From the NCBI RefSeq assembly GCF_964188315.1, contig NC_135671.1, positions 40,176,001 through 40,240,000 on the forward strand: DNA of 64,000 nt. The letters run 5' to 3'. The notes beneath the pieces were generated by a model. The model was not told the DNA's origin and ran no database searches. It worked only from the letters and a program-made list of their open reading frames with translations. Positions 24,727-36,945 of this stretch are shown one piece after another. Each line of letters opens with the position of its first letter. Within the stretch, counting starts at the first letter, position 1. The position numbers were made by a program, and so were the translations under genes. The DNA is from Podarcis muralis. Lineage: Eukaryota.

Positions 24727-25656
24727 TTAGGTAACTTTGCTTCCAAAAAGCTTTCTCAGGGCTTCCTTCATCTTGTCATTTCTCAGAGTGTAGATGAAGG
24801 GATTCAGCATGGGTGTAACCACTGTATACATGATGGCAGCCAGTGTGTCCTTCTCAGCTGAGAAGCTGGATGAGGGCTGGAAGTAGACCCAGATGACAGT
24901 GCCACCACCACCGGGTCACCACAGCCAGGTGGGACCCACAGGTGGAGGCGGCTTTCCACTTTCCTTCAGTTGATGGAATTTTCAACACAGCCATCAGGAT
25001 GCATGCATAGGAGAGGCCAATGAACAACAGAACTCCACTGACCACCACAGCACCTTCTGTATGAACTAGCAGGACGTTCAAGTCTGTGTTAGAACAAGAG
25101 ATCTTGAGCAATGGGAAGATGTCACAGAAGAAGTGAAGCACCCGATTGGAGGCACAGAAAGAGAGGCTGGACATCAGGAAGTTGTGCAAGAGAGCATGGA
25201 GGTGAGAGACCAGCCAAGAGACAGCTACGAGGAGCAGGCAGACCTGGCTGCTCATGACTGTGGCATAATGCAGAGGCCAGCCGATGGCCACATAGCGATC
25301 CAATGCCATGGATGCCAAGAGAAAGTTGTTGATCGTTCCAAATGCAAGGAAAAAGTGCACCTGCGTGAAGCACCCACCATGTGAGATCTTCCTCACTTTG
25401 CAGAATGTGCCAGCCAACATCTTGGGCACAATGGTGGTTGTGAAATAGATGTCTGCCAGTGAGAGGTTGCTGAGGAAGAAGTACATGGGGGTATGGAGGA
25501 GATGGTCATCCAGGCTTATGGCCAAGACAGTGGTAAGATTTCCAGTCATTGTGGTGATGTACATGATTAATAAGATAATAGTCCATTCCAGTCCTGCTGA
25601 CTTGAGATGCCAAGGAGGATGAATTCAGAAGCAGTGGTCTTGTTGTCTTTCTTCAT
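24727..25656 (-). pseudogene. OR1Q1-like pseudogene, paralogue of 19062-19997
   Basis: ATG at 25656 reads MKKDNKTTASEFILLGISSQQDWN, then a deletion frameshift and TAA in TM1. A second +1 frameshift lies in TM6 (HLAVVT then cggtggtggt). Confidence 0.9.
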
Positions 25657-25814
25657 CCTTTGAGAACATCTGTAGGATGCAGAATAAATTACATTTAAGC
25701 CATTCTACCAAGATCAGCATAATTGCTGCAGCCTGTATAAGGGTTTTGATGCCACTTTGGCCATGTGTGGCCTGGGTGGGCAGCATATTTAAATTCAAGG
25801 GATGGCAATGCATA

Positions 25815-25856
25815 AATCTGCAACTGGACCTAATGGTCAGGGGTCCCTTCACCTTA
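25815..25856 (+). mobile_element. Sauria SINE tail remnant
   Basis: caactggacctaatggtcaggggtcccttcaccttac. Confidence 0.7.
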
Positions 25857-26333
25857 CACTCTTTCTTATTGGTTCTTTGGGATCTGGGATACAATTGTGA
25901 TGTAGAAGTTAACTTATTATAATTGTGAAATGAAAACTATCTTGTATAATAAGAGATTTGTTGAAAAAATAGCTAGTTTTATTTCTGACTGGATGTTGAG
26001 GGAAAGGAAGACTTTTCCTTAAACTACCTAGAATAATGTCTCTTGATTTCATGCACTATGCACTTTTTTTTTTTTTTTTTGTATTCATGAGTGTGCATGT
26101 GCTTGTAATTTGAACTGTAGTATTGAGGGGGAAACATGAAATCTCACTTTCTCCCTCTCCATCCCACACCTCCATTAAGTCATATCTGGACAATGTTCTT
26201 TTCTCTATACTGGGAATGCAGGAAGTTTCTTGGTGAAGGACATGGCAGGTACTCCCTTCCCCACCAACTACCAGCAGGACAACCCTATGCTCACTTTGGG
26301 ACAGTAGCTTGTCAAGCTAAAGAATCTCCACTG

Positions 26334-26336
<3 letters not shown>

Positions 26337-26379
<43 letters not shown>

Positions 26380-26490
26380 TATTTATACCCCGTCCATCTG
26401 GCTGGCTTTCCCCAGCCACTTTGGGCGGCTTCCAACAAAAGATTAAAATACAATAATTCATCAAATATTAAAAACTTCCCTAAACAGGGA
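26337..26490 (-). mobile_element. (AAT)13 plus L2 3' end
   Basis: Same tail family as 2937-3100. Confidence 0.85.
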
Positions 26491-27837
26491 ACCCTCCCCC
26501 CAGTATAAATAGGCAGAGGGATTCACAGTCTGATGATCCCTGCAGCTATGGATCATACATTGGATTGTTGGCTGCAGTGCCACCATGCAGCCAACTAAAA
26601 GTGAAGCACTCCAGGGATTTTTTCAGGTAGAACATTAAAGTCCTGTCTCCTAAATGTCTTTTTTCCTGGTTTAAACTAATGTTTGGGAACCTGCTCCCTC
26701 CAAGCTTTGCTCATTCCCAGTCATCACAGCCAATGGGCAGGCATGATGTGAGCTGAAGTGCAACAATATTCAGAGGACCAGAGGTATCCTATCTATCCCT
26801 GCAGAAAAAGTCCTTACATCCAAAGCTTGTTAAGAGAAGGCAGGAGCCACAATTTTCAGACAGCATGTTGGACTAATGTTAACCTCATTGCTTGTATGTA
26901 TCTTAAAGAGACCCCATTGAGTTTCCATATCTTGAAGAGAAGCCATGAGGTGACGTCTTGCAAAACTTGCTTAGACTTCTGCTTTGTAGGAAGCAGAGCA
27001 GTAATACAATGATTGTGTAGAATCTAAACAGAGAGACCATAATCTAATCTATAGAGAAGTACAAAGGATTTTAATATTTGACTTACCAAAGTTGGTTTGG
27101 GAGGCTGTTGTCTTATTCTGGAAGAGCAGAACACAGAAAACCAGTGGAAAGGAAGAAGACATAATATGGAAGGTTCTTTCAATCCATTACCCTGTGGTTG
27201 GTAGTTGACTCATTTGGTGAATCACAAAGGATGTATATCAGTGAAAAATATCAACAAATGCGATTCCACCGGGCTTATTTACAGTGCTTTCCAGGTCTGC
27301 TGGGGGCCATCCCCAAGACTGCTAGTTAACAAAAGAAATAAAGAAAGAGAGCAGATCCATTGCCTGGAAAAGCTCCTGGGACCTTGCTTCCCACACATCA
27401 GAGGAACTAAGTACTCTGACAACTGAAGTTGTCCTTAGAAGTCTACAATTGTCATGTGTTAGGAATGACTCTGAGTGAGACTGTCAGACCCAGGTTTAGA
27501 GGCAAGGGCAATCTTTCAGCGAGGCAAGATCTCTTAGTTGCTCAGACTACTGAGCAGATCCAAGCTTTTATCACAACTTTTATCACAAAGCCATCTGTGG
27601 TTACAGTTCTAACCATGTTTACTCAGAAGCAAGTTAACAGATTCCTCCAACATTACTACCACCAAACATACAACAGGGACTTAAAACCAGATCTTTAAAA
27701 GGCCTGGGGGGACAGAAAAGCCTTAACCAGCTGGCAAAAAGACAACAATGCAGGAGAGAAATCCGTTCCCTGAGATGCTTCCTCTGAAAATGCCCCCCTC
27801 TCTTATAGCCACTCGCTGAGCTTCAGATCATCTAGTG

Positions 27838-28404
27838 CAGAGGTTTTCAACCTTTTTGAGTCCATGGCTCCCTTGACCAACTACATTATTTCTGTGGCAC
27901 CCCTGTGGGGCTCAGGAGCCCAGTTAGGTCCCCCCTTGCCTGCAGAGCTGGCAGCCCCTCACCCCTTTTTGAACATCCTCCCTTGTGGAGTGTTCCCTCA
28001 GCCTCCTCTCCTCTACCTTCTTCTTGGGAGTTCTCTGGGCAGCAGCTGCATCCACCCCTAGTCTTTGAGCTCCCCCACCCAAAGAGAGATGTCTCCTCAC
28101 ACTGCCCCATAGGAGCCTGGGACTTGTCTATCTATTCCCAACAGTAAGGGCTGGCAGACTGGCTGGCTGGGCTCCCTCGCCAGCTTGCTTACTTACTTTG
28201 ATGACAGCCTGAGAGGGCACTATTTGCTTGTAGCCAGGGCTGCTGCAACAAACATCTATGGAAGCTTTAGGGAGACAGAGACGTGAGAGGGCATCAGAGG
28301 AGGGAGGGAAGGAAAGAGGGACAGAGGTCAATGTTGCCCGCAGAACCCCTGACCATCATTCAAGGCACCCCAGGATGCCACAGCACACTGGTTGAAAACC
28401 ACTG
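27838..28404. mobile_element. Non-autonomous hAT element, family C, copy 1
   Basis: TIRs CAGAGGTTTTCAACC / GGTTGAAAACCACTG. 8-bp TSD ATCTAGTG (27830-27837, 28405-28412). Confidence 0.9.
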
Positions 28405-28539
28405 ATCTAGTGGAAGTTCATTGCATGGCATGGACACATTTCTGTGTAGAAGGAGAGAGAAGAACTTAACGGGTATGGTTGTCAAAGGTCTTGGTCTTCT
28501 GTGACTTCATATTGTCATCACCCAACTGTAACTCTCTTT

Positions 28540-29470
28540 TTTTAAATATGATTTTTATTAATTTCTTTTTTAACACAATATTTCAGCATACGAACAACAA
28601 AACAAACAAATTCTTTGCTCTACTTTGCTCATGACTTCCCTCCATCCCTTCAACAGGTTTTTAATTTTCAAATCTTTGTGTCTCACTTTATATCCTCTAC
28701 TTCAGACTCGTAAATACATCTTCAATTTGCTCATATTGTTTGAGTTTTACTCCCCTTACTTCCATCAAAATCTCACCATAAGTAGCCCGTCTTTCCTCTA
28801 TATTTTGTTTTTTAACAGTCAATGCCTCTGTAAGGCAAGAGCCACTATGTTGTTTTCCATTCTAACAATTTTTTATACAGTGGTGCCTCGCAAGACGAAA
28901 AGAATCCGTTCCGTGAGTCTCTTCGTCTAGCGGTTTTTTTGTCTTGCGAAGCAACCCTATTAGCGGCTTAGCGGATTAGCGCTATTAGCGGCTTAGCAGC
29001 TATTAAAGGCTTAGCGACTTAGCTGCTAAAAGGCTATTAGTGGCTTAGCGGCTTAGAAAAGGGGGGGGGAGCGGGGGGAAATTGCAAGACTCGCAAGACG
29101 TTTTCGTCTTGCGAAGCAAGCCCATAGGGAAAATCGTCTTGCGAAGCAACTCAAAAATGGAAAACCCTTTCGTCTAGCGGGTTTTCCGTCTTGCGAGGCA
29201 TTCGTCTTGCGGGGCACCACTGTATCTATCCCATACTTCATAGACCGGCTTTCTTATAACATGGTTTAGAAACCCTTTATGAACTTTTACTTTGTCATAC
29301 CAAAGATAAGAATGCCACCCAAATCTCTTGTCATACCCTTCCAAATCCAATAAATCCGTATATTCCAATAACATCCACTCCTTTAACCAACACACCCAAC
29401 TGTAACTCTTTCCTGTTATTCCTTGTTGGGAAATTTTCTTGGGATTCTTGTCATACCTTGTCATACCTGA
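28540..29470 (-). mobile_element. L1 3' fragment interrupted by a Tc1 MITE
   Basis: A-rich tail and AATAAA at the left end. WVCWLKEWMLL..LLDLEG..GWHSYLWY resembles squamate L1 ORF2. Confidence 0.65.
28878..29222. mobile_element. Tc1/mariner MITE, family A
   Basis: TIR CAGTGGTGCCTCGCAAGACG. TA TSD at 28876-28877 and 29223-29224. Near-identical to 236-563. Confidence 0.92.
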
Positions 29471-30658
29471 AATATTTGTATTTCAATTCATTTTATTTAT
29501 GAATCACTTTCCATGGAAGATCCCAAGCTGATTTAATGGGGGGGGGGGACCCTCAATAATAAAAACATATATAAAAACAATTTTGATTTCAATACATATA
29601 TGTTTGAAGAAGTATAGTTCAAATTCAATGAATTTGCACCATGATCAAGCTATAGAGGAAAATCTGACTATACATTGGCTATTTTGCAAGTTAGCTTTGC
29701 CACAGTACGGAAATTGGAAAAGGAAAGTCAACATTTGCTTCAGCTCATAATTTGGCTGAAACTTTATGCAGAGGCCCAGGAATCTTCCTCTGTTTGTTTT
29801 TGTAAACCTAAAGCCCAAAACCCTGGAAGTGTTCTTATGGCTCAAGGTGGCCTGGGCATAATGACTGTTGCTTCTCTTTCAGACTCATTTTTTATCTGCT
29901 TGCTTAATAAGTTAACAATGTAGTTATAAGCTATGACATTTGTAATTGTTGTGGGAGCAGAAAGATGCAGGAGGTTCCCATGGGGGTGGTTTGTGTGCTG
30001 GGGGGGGGTCACAAAGGGAGGGAGGGTGAAGGTGAATAGAGGGTGCAAAATGGGGCTGCAGAAGAGAAGAGAGAAGTGGCCTCCGAATGGTGTTGGGAAG
30101 GTGGAAAGCAAGCTTAGTAGTTGCATGGGATGGGAAGGGAAAGTTCTAGAGGGTTAATGTGAGAGGAATGGTGGAGTGAGCATGTGTGCACCCTCTGGTA
30201 CACATTACATAGAGAAAAGTCAAGTCCCCTGCTGAACTTTACTTCTGCAGCATAATATAATAAGTACAGGAATACATACATATATTTATATTCATATATG
30301 CATTGTTGCATTTATCTGTTTATATGCTGGTTGGTGCCCTAATGGAGTATATATGCATATAATAGCAAACATATTATAATGGATTTAATATGCAATAATC
30401 ATTCATTATATTTTATGAAACAGATTTGAGGGACCTCGTTTCTCATCAAGATTGAGAAGAGAATTAGAAAGAAAAAAATCCATACAAGTAAGCTAAATGT
30501 TTAGACTTTCAAAAAACCCCATCCCTATAATAGCATCAGCATTGAGGAAATGAACATGTCACACCTAGAAATGGCACTGGGGGAGGGGGAGGAGGATGAC
30601 CCTGCCAGTGCTGCTACTCTCATCAAAGTCAGAGTTTCCTGAGGCTAGTTTTAGGTGA

Positions 30659-30844
30659 AGCATGTCAAAGTGCAAAGTACCTTCCGGCGGGAAGGTAAAC
30701 GGTGTTTCCGTGCTCTGCTCTGGTTTGCCAGAAGTGGCTTAGTCATGCTGGCCACATGACCCGGAAGCTGTACGCTGGCTCCGTCGGCCAATAAAGCGAG
30801 ATGAGCGCCACAACCCCAGAGTCAGTCAGGGGTCCCTTTACCTT
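30659..30844 (+). mobile_element. Sauria SINE, 5'-truncated
   Basis: Aligns to 47800-48020. Confidence 0.88.
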
Positions 30845-30999
30845 TAAGGTGATATTCAACTAAGTCCTACTTTGGGTAGACTGATTAACTTCAATGGATC
30901 TACTCTCAGTAGGACTAACATTAAATACCACTCATAACTACTAATCACCCACATTTCATTCATATTGAATACAAAAAATATAACTGTTGACCAATACCG

Positions 31000-32071
31000 T
31001 ATAATCCTTTCTTTCAGACTTGGCTCCCAAACATGTGTGGATCTTCGGCCACAGCATAGTGCATTGGGCAGCTGTCCAAGCCACCACGGGTTCATCTGGT
31101 GAACATATGCACCTTCAGCCAAAGGTCAACATTTCGTGTGCTGGGATGCGCTGCTGCCTTGGTTGCGTCAAGAGCTTTTGTTCCATCCCCCACCGGATGC
31201 AGTTGTGTTCCACCTTGGTGAAAATGACCTGGTTGTTCGTAAGAGCATAGCGCTGATGAAAACAGCAATCACAGACCTGGAAAGGTTATATACCAAGCAC
31301 CCTAACATAACTATATTCTGGTCAGAACTTCTCCCGTGCTTACAATGGCGTGGCAACCTCAAAACTAACAGACTTAACTACACCAAAAAATGAATAAATA
31401 GGGCATTGCGCTTGGCAACCTTGCGCATTGGGGGTCTCGTTGTGAAGCATCCCAGCATCAAAATCTACAGGAAGGAACTCTTCAGGGCTGATGGTGTGCA
31501 CCTATCAGCCATCAGTAATGATTATTGGCTGAGCGACATTAGGCATGGCCTTTTGGAACGGATGGCGGATGGTGAAGCGTCCGTTCAGGTATAGGTAGTC
31601 TTGGCAGCGAGACTGCGATTTTGCGGCCTTGGGTGGCGGTTTCAGGCCTTGGGCGGAATCCTTTAGTTTATCTTCTTAAATGGGGGGGGGGCGTGAAGTG
31701 GTGATCCATGGCCCCCTTGCGGTGGTGATACCAGGGTTCCCCGTTAAAGGGGTCTTGAGGGGAAGCATTGGCCATACGCTGAGAGGTTGTCATTGCTCTC
31801 CCCTCCAACGGCAGCAAAACGGGGAGGGGGGGCTCTCTGCTTGAACATATGTTCTCCAGAGCCAGCCCAATCCCCACACATTCTGGATAACCCTGAAGTC
31901 TCCCAGATCCCCGGCTGGGACTGGGAAGGATAAACGCCCAATGCCTGAGCCAAGGTCTCCCTATCTGAAACTTAATAAAGCTAAGGCCAATTTTAATCCC
32001 ATAGCGTGTTGTCTTGAGTCATTATTCCGCTCGGGGGTCGCCTGGGGTTGGGGGGACTCCGCCTGTTCATG
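31000..32071 (+). mobile_element. Ngaro/DIRS-group tyrosine-recombinase retrotransposon 3' remnant with decayed SGNH hydrolase ORF
   Basis: VWIFGHSIVHWA (block I), VFHLGENDL (block III GxND) and FRADGVHLS (block V DxxH), spread over a frameshift and a TGA at 31391-31393. A non-coding terminal region with AATAAA at 31974 follows. Confidence 0.65.
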
Positions 32072-32605
32072 CAAAAGATGAGTTCAATATTTAGTTATAA
32101 AACTGACAGATCAGTTCCAAGTTCTTTATGAAAACAATAAAATTATTTAGAGATTGTCAGTGTGGGATATCCCACACAATTGAGTTTGAGCCGGGGTGTC
32201 AGGGAACTGGGGCCTGAGAAGGAGGAAACGCTGGGGAAATATAGAGAGCAGCCTCTGATAATGAGCAGCTGCACCTCGTCAGAGAGGGGCTGTCAGGAAG
32301 CAATGGATCAGGGAGGGAGAAGCAACTTCCAGGGCTTAAGGGAGGAAGGAAGAGGGGAGGCTTCAGGAAGTTGTTGTGCTGGAGAGGACGAAGGGAGGGT
32401 CCAGTCTCGGCTAAGAAGGACATGCTTTTACGAGCTCCGGATTGTAAATAATATAATGGACTTGATAAATCTTGTAAAGCTGGCTGGAGTCCCGGGCTGT
32501 TATCTCTTCTAGCACCCACCAATCATCCTGACATGGGGCGGGGAGACACAGAACAAAAATAGATGTCCCACTGTCAGCAAGATATATGAGAAGAGGGCGT
32601 GTGTG

Positions 32606-33558
32606 TTAAGTTGCTGCAACCTTGAGACCAAGAGTCTTTTTGAGGGCAGCATGAACCTCCCGGTTTCGGAGACTGTAGACCATTGGGTTGAGAAGCGGAG
32701 TGACCACACAGTAGCTCACAGAGACAAGTCGGTCCCTGTCTGGCTGAAAGCTGGATTTGGGTCTGAGGTATATGAAGGAAGCACAGCCAAAGTGGATGAC
32801 CACCACAGTAAGATGAGCCCCACAAGTGGAGAAGGCTCTCCGGCGCCCCCCAGGGGCAGAAACTCTCAACACAGCTCTCATGATAAATGTGTACGAGAGA
32901 AGAATCAGAAACAAGGGGAGGCCCAGAACAAACAGACCAAGGAGAAGCAAGGCTACCTCGCTAAAATGTGTATCTGCACAGGCCAGGTCCAGGAGAGGTG
33001 GAATATCGCAGAAGAAATGCTGGAGGCGGTTATGGCCTGGGCAGAAGGGAAGATGGAAGACAGTGGTGGTCATGCCAGCGCCAACACAGAAACCAATGGA
33101 AGTGCAGAGTGAGATCAGCTTGGTACACATCTGTCCGCCCATTCGTGTCACATAGTGCAGTGGGTCACGAACTGCCACTGAGCGGTCATACCCCATGGCT
33201 GCCAAGAGGAAGCAGTTAGTAGATGCCAACGAAGAGGCAAAGAACATTTGTGCCACGCAGCCAGGGAAGGAGATGGAAGAAACACCATCAGATGACGCCA
33301 AACCTGTTAATGCTTTGGGCACCAAAGCTATGCTTATAAAGGTCTCTGAGAGGGCCAGGGAGCAGAGGAAGATGTACATTGGTGTCTGAAGGTGGGTATC
33401 CTTCCATACAGCCAAGCCCAGCAGGACATTGCCAGACAAGGTGAGGAGGTAGAAGAAGAGGAAGACAGCCAGTACGATAAAGCGCAGCTGCGGCAAGTCG
33501 GACAGGCCAATCAGCAGGAATTCAGATGGCCTTGTTTGGTTCTCCTGCGCATCTTTAG
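32606..33558 (-). CDS. Olfactory receptor, family 10 (OR10Z1-like), main coding exon with no in-frame ATG
   Basis: Open frame ..[73 protein letters not shown]. An in-frame TAA lies upstream. Acceptor ccaatttttacag at 33559. Confidence 0.8.
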
Positions 33559-34143
33559 CTGTAAAAATTGGTGAGGAGATTTGTGGTTAATGACAGGGCA
33601 CCATCCAAGGCACCCTGCTTCATTGCCTAAGACAAAATGTTAAGGTGTGCACCCTGCCCCCCACAGCTGCTGCCCCTTAAAAAGCCTCGCAGCTGCGGCT
33701 TCTGGGTTTTAATAAGCTCTCGCAAGAGGTCCATGAGATCTTACCAGAACTCAGAAGCCACAACCACTTCTCCTTGCTTCTCTGGTGGTGAGGGAAGGTA
33801 GGGAACCACCCACCAGAGGAGAAGTTAGGAGCAGCAATGACAGCGGTGAAATCTTGTGAGAGTTCTGTGAGGTCTTGCCAGAAGCTGTCACCAATTCTTT
33901 TTGCTGTTAGTGATGGAAGAGGCATAGCTCCTGCAAGAACACAACCCCTTGGAATTTCACTGCCCATTGTGTCTGGTTCAAGGACACGGAGATAATTGTT
34001 GTCCAGCCCCTGGCTATTGAGCAGTTTAGTCCTCAGTGCCAGAAGTACTCGCTGTTAACTGTAGTTCTACGCAGGGTCAACTCCCTCTTTGTTGATTCTT
34101 GCACAAGTAAAAACACCTTTTAGTGCCTGGTGAATGGATACAT

Positions 34144-34401
34144 CAGAGGTTGGCAAGGTTTACCCCTCCCAGGCTGGTTCACTCCAGCGGAGATCCCTCT
34201 GTGGGCCGGATTGTGTGCCCGCGCCCACGATTTCCGGCGTCTGCGCAGACATGATTTCCGGTGCTGCGGAAGTGAGTCCCTGTGCCGTCCTGCGCCAGTT
34301 TAGCTAAGTGCGCGGGGACTCATGAGTGGGCAGCTCGTGGGCTGGTTAAATGACCCCCGTAGGCTGCTTGTGGCCCATGGGCCTTAGGTTTCCTAAACCT
34401 G
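34144..34401. mobile_element. hAT MITE
   Basis: 8-bp TSD GGATACAT (34136-34143, 34402-34409). Imperfect CAG..CTG TIRs. Confidence 0.8.
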
Positions 34402-35182
34402 GGATACATGCACCAAACCAAAGGCTGCATTCAATGATGCATACCATCCAACATTTCTCCGACTAAAATAGGGACGTCCCATTTCATAACGATAATTTTA
34501 CTATTTATACCCCACACATCTTACTAGGCTACCCCCATCACTCTGGGCAGCTTCCAACATATATAAAACCATAATACAACATTAAACAATACAAAAAGCT
34601 TCCCTATACAGGATTGCCTTCAGATGGGTCAGGGGTTAGATAACTCCATACCGTCCAACATTTATCCAATGCAAATAGGGATGTCCTAAGGAAAAGCGGG
34701 ACATTTCAGGATCAAATCAGAAACCGGCACGGCTTCTCTAATTTAGGGATGTCCCTGGATAACAGGGACACTTGGAGGCTCCGGGATAAACTACGGAGAA
34801 CATTCATCAACACAAGGATTTCTCCTTGGGTAATGGAACTTTCTCTTTCTCCTCCCCTGCACTCCCCTAAATCTGTTCTGGAGGTTCTGCCAACTCCATA
34901 TCATAGTGTTAACAAAGCAGAGTTCTCAGAATTCCTTGCAGGATGACATGACTCTTAAAGTGGTATAGGGATGCTTTGCCTGTATTATGTGGGTGTGAGC
35001 CTTGTTCCAAAAGGGGAAGCTGAGATTTGTGTGATGCAGCAGGGTAACAGAGCCGCACCTTCTGTCCTTTCCCCCCAGTTTGTGTAGCAAGGACTTGAGA
35101 GAGTTGTTCCCAAAGGGATGGAGATCAGAGCCCATGGCCCCACCCAGCCCCTCCCTGATCTTGTCTGTGATCCTAGTCTTAC

Positions 35183-35247
35183 CCGCCATGCACCTAGAAC
35201 CCCCAAGGCCTCTTCAGCCCTCTCTCTTCATTGCTGCTGTGCATGGC
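35183..35247 (-). CDS. Predicted 65-bp upstream exon supplying ATG GCG G (35189-35183) to the OR10 gene
   Basis: Acceptor ctcctccttctctgtcttgcag and donor GG|GTAAGA. The phase-1 join gives MAAKDAQENQT.., 960 nt, 319 aa. Confidence 0.6.
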
Positions 35248-36286
35248 CTGCAAGACAGAGAAGGAGGAGTGTGTTTTCACATGTTATCCTACAATTGCCT
35301 CTTGCATTGCTTTAAGGTACAGCCTCCACTGACTAAAGTGTTTCTTGGATTTAAAAATGACCCTGAGAGGCACAAGTAGCATTCAAAAGGTGCTTCTCAG
35401 GGCAACAGCTTCCAGGGGGTAACTATGTTTACCTATTTCAGCAAAAAAGGGAGGCAACAAAAGTTTTGTGATACCTTAAAGACAAAACAATAATTGCATA
35501 GACTTTCATGATAAAAGTCCATTTCATCAGATAAAGTGGACTCCAGTGGTCCGTGAGCTTCATTCAGGTGATCTGCAACATGTCTCTAGATTTGTAATTA
35601 AAGATGGCAGACAGCACACACCCTTCATGTTAAATGCTCAAATTGATTTTAAATTTTTATTGCGTTTGTTTCTTACATTATATTTTATTGTATTACAATT
35701 GGAATTCATTTACAATTACTGCAATTACCCTGCTGCACTCCAATAGTGAGAGGTGCCGCGTCCTCCATTTCTGGCCCCTGAGGAATATCTTTCCATGCTT
35801 TGGGGTTCCGCTTTTGGTAAATAACAATAAAACAGTCCATTTGTCTGAATATGAGTGACAGTGATGCAGGGTAGGGTGATTGCCAGATGATATTGAACCA
35901 CACAATGGGAATGGGTTTTTTTAAAAAAAATGAATGCATTATTAACAACCCATGACTCCTTCCCTCCAGGCCACTCTGAGTGGTATACCATATTACGTAG
36001 TATTACTACTTTGTTAGTCAAAATGGGAAAATTTTTGTACCACCATCTATAGATGCCTGACATTCTAAGGTGTGGGAAATGACTTGTATGGTTCAGCTGG
36101 CAAGAATAAGAGGAGGCAAACCGAGTGAAGCTCTGGTCAGTTTCTTGGCTGTGCTGGCAGAGGCTGATAGGAGCTGGAGTCCAGCAACATCTGCAGGGTC
36201 ACAGGCTGCCCAGCTATTTTCTAAGTAGGGCTACAAGTAGGAATGGGGGATAAATTGGTTTGCATTTTGATGTGAATTAGAATAAT

Positions 36287-36558
36287 AGAATCATAGAATT
36301 GTAGAGTTGTAGGGGACCCCAAGGGTCATCTAGTCCAACCCCATGCAATGCAGGAAACTCAGCTAAAGTATCCAAGACAGGTGGCTACCCAGCCTCTGTT
36401 TAACAACCTCCAATAAAGGAGGGTCCACAACCTCCCGAAGGAGACAGTTCCACCGCCAAACAGCTCTTCCTGTCTGAAAGTTCTTCTTGATGGTTAGTCC
36501 TCTCAGGACTCTCTTTCCCAGGCTAAACATACTCAGGTCCCTCAACCATTCCCCATAT
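36287..36558 (-). mobile_element. CR1 3' fragment
   Basis: agaatcatagaattgtagagttg..cctgcattgc tail on the minus strand. Confidence 0.85.
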
Positions 36559-36945
36559 GCAAACAAATTGCAGATATCTTTCAAAATATCCACTTCTCAT
36601 AATTTTGAGGTGCAGTTCTCCTATATACAGTATCTGAAAACTGCCAGCACAAATGAGCATACTATTCAAATTGGGCACAGATATGTGTGTGAATTTTCAT
36701 AAGAGCTTAAAAAATAAATCACAGAGTGATGTGGGAATGGGACAATTTGAACTGGAATAATCAGGAACTAAGATAAAGCAAAATGGACAGATTCACCAAA
36801 CCCTAGTCACTGGTGGCTTGCCTCATGAAATAAAGGTGTTTGCCCTCAATGGAGGAAGAAACTGAGTTTAAGACTGGGATTACTTCTGAGTGAAATAACA
36901 GAGAAATATCCACCAACTTTGAATTATTAGGAATGAGGGATTCCC

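Noticed and set aside
32603-33574. Plus-strand ORFs antisense to the OR10 gene (and similar ORFs over other ORs and LINEs)
   Set aside because: Expected shadow ORFs of GC-rich coding sequence.
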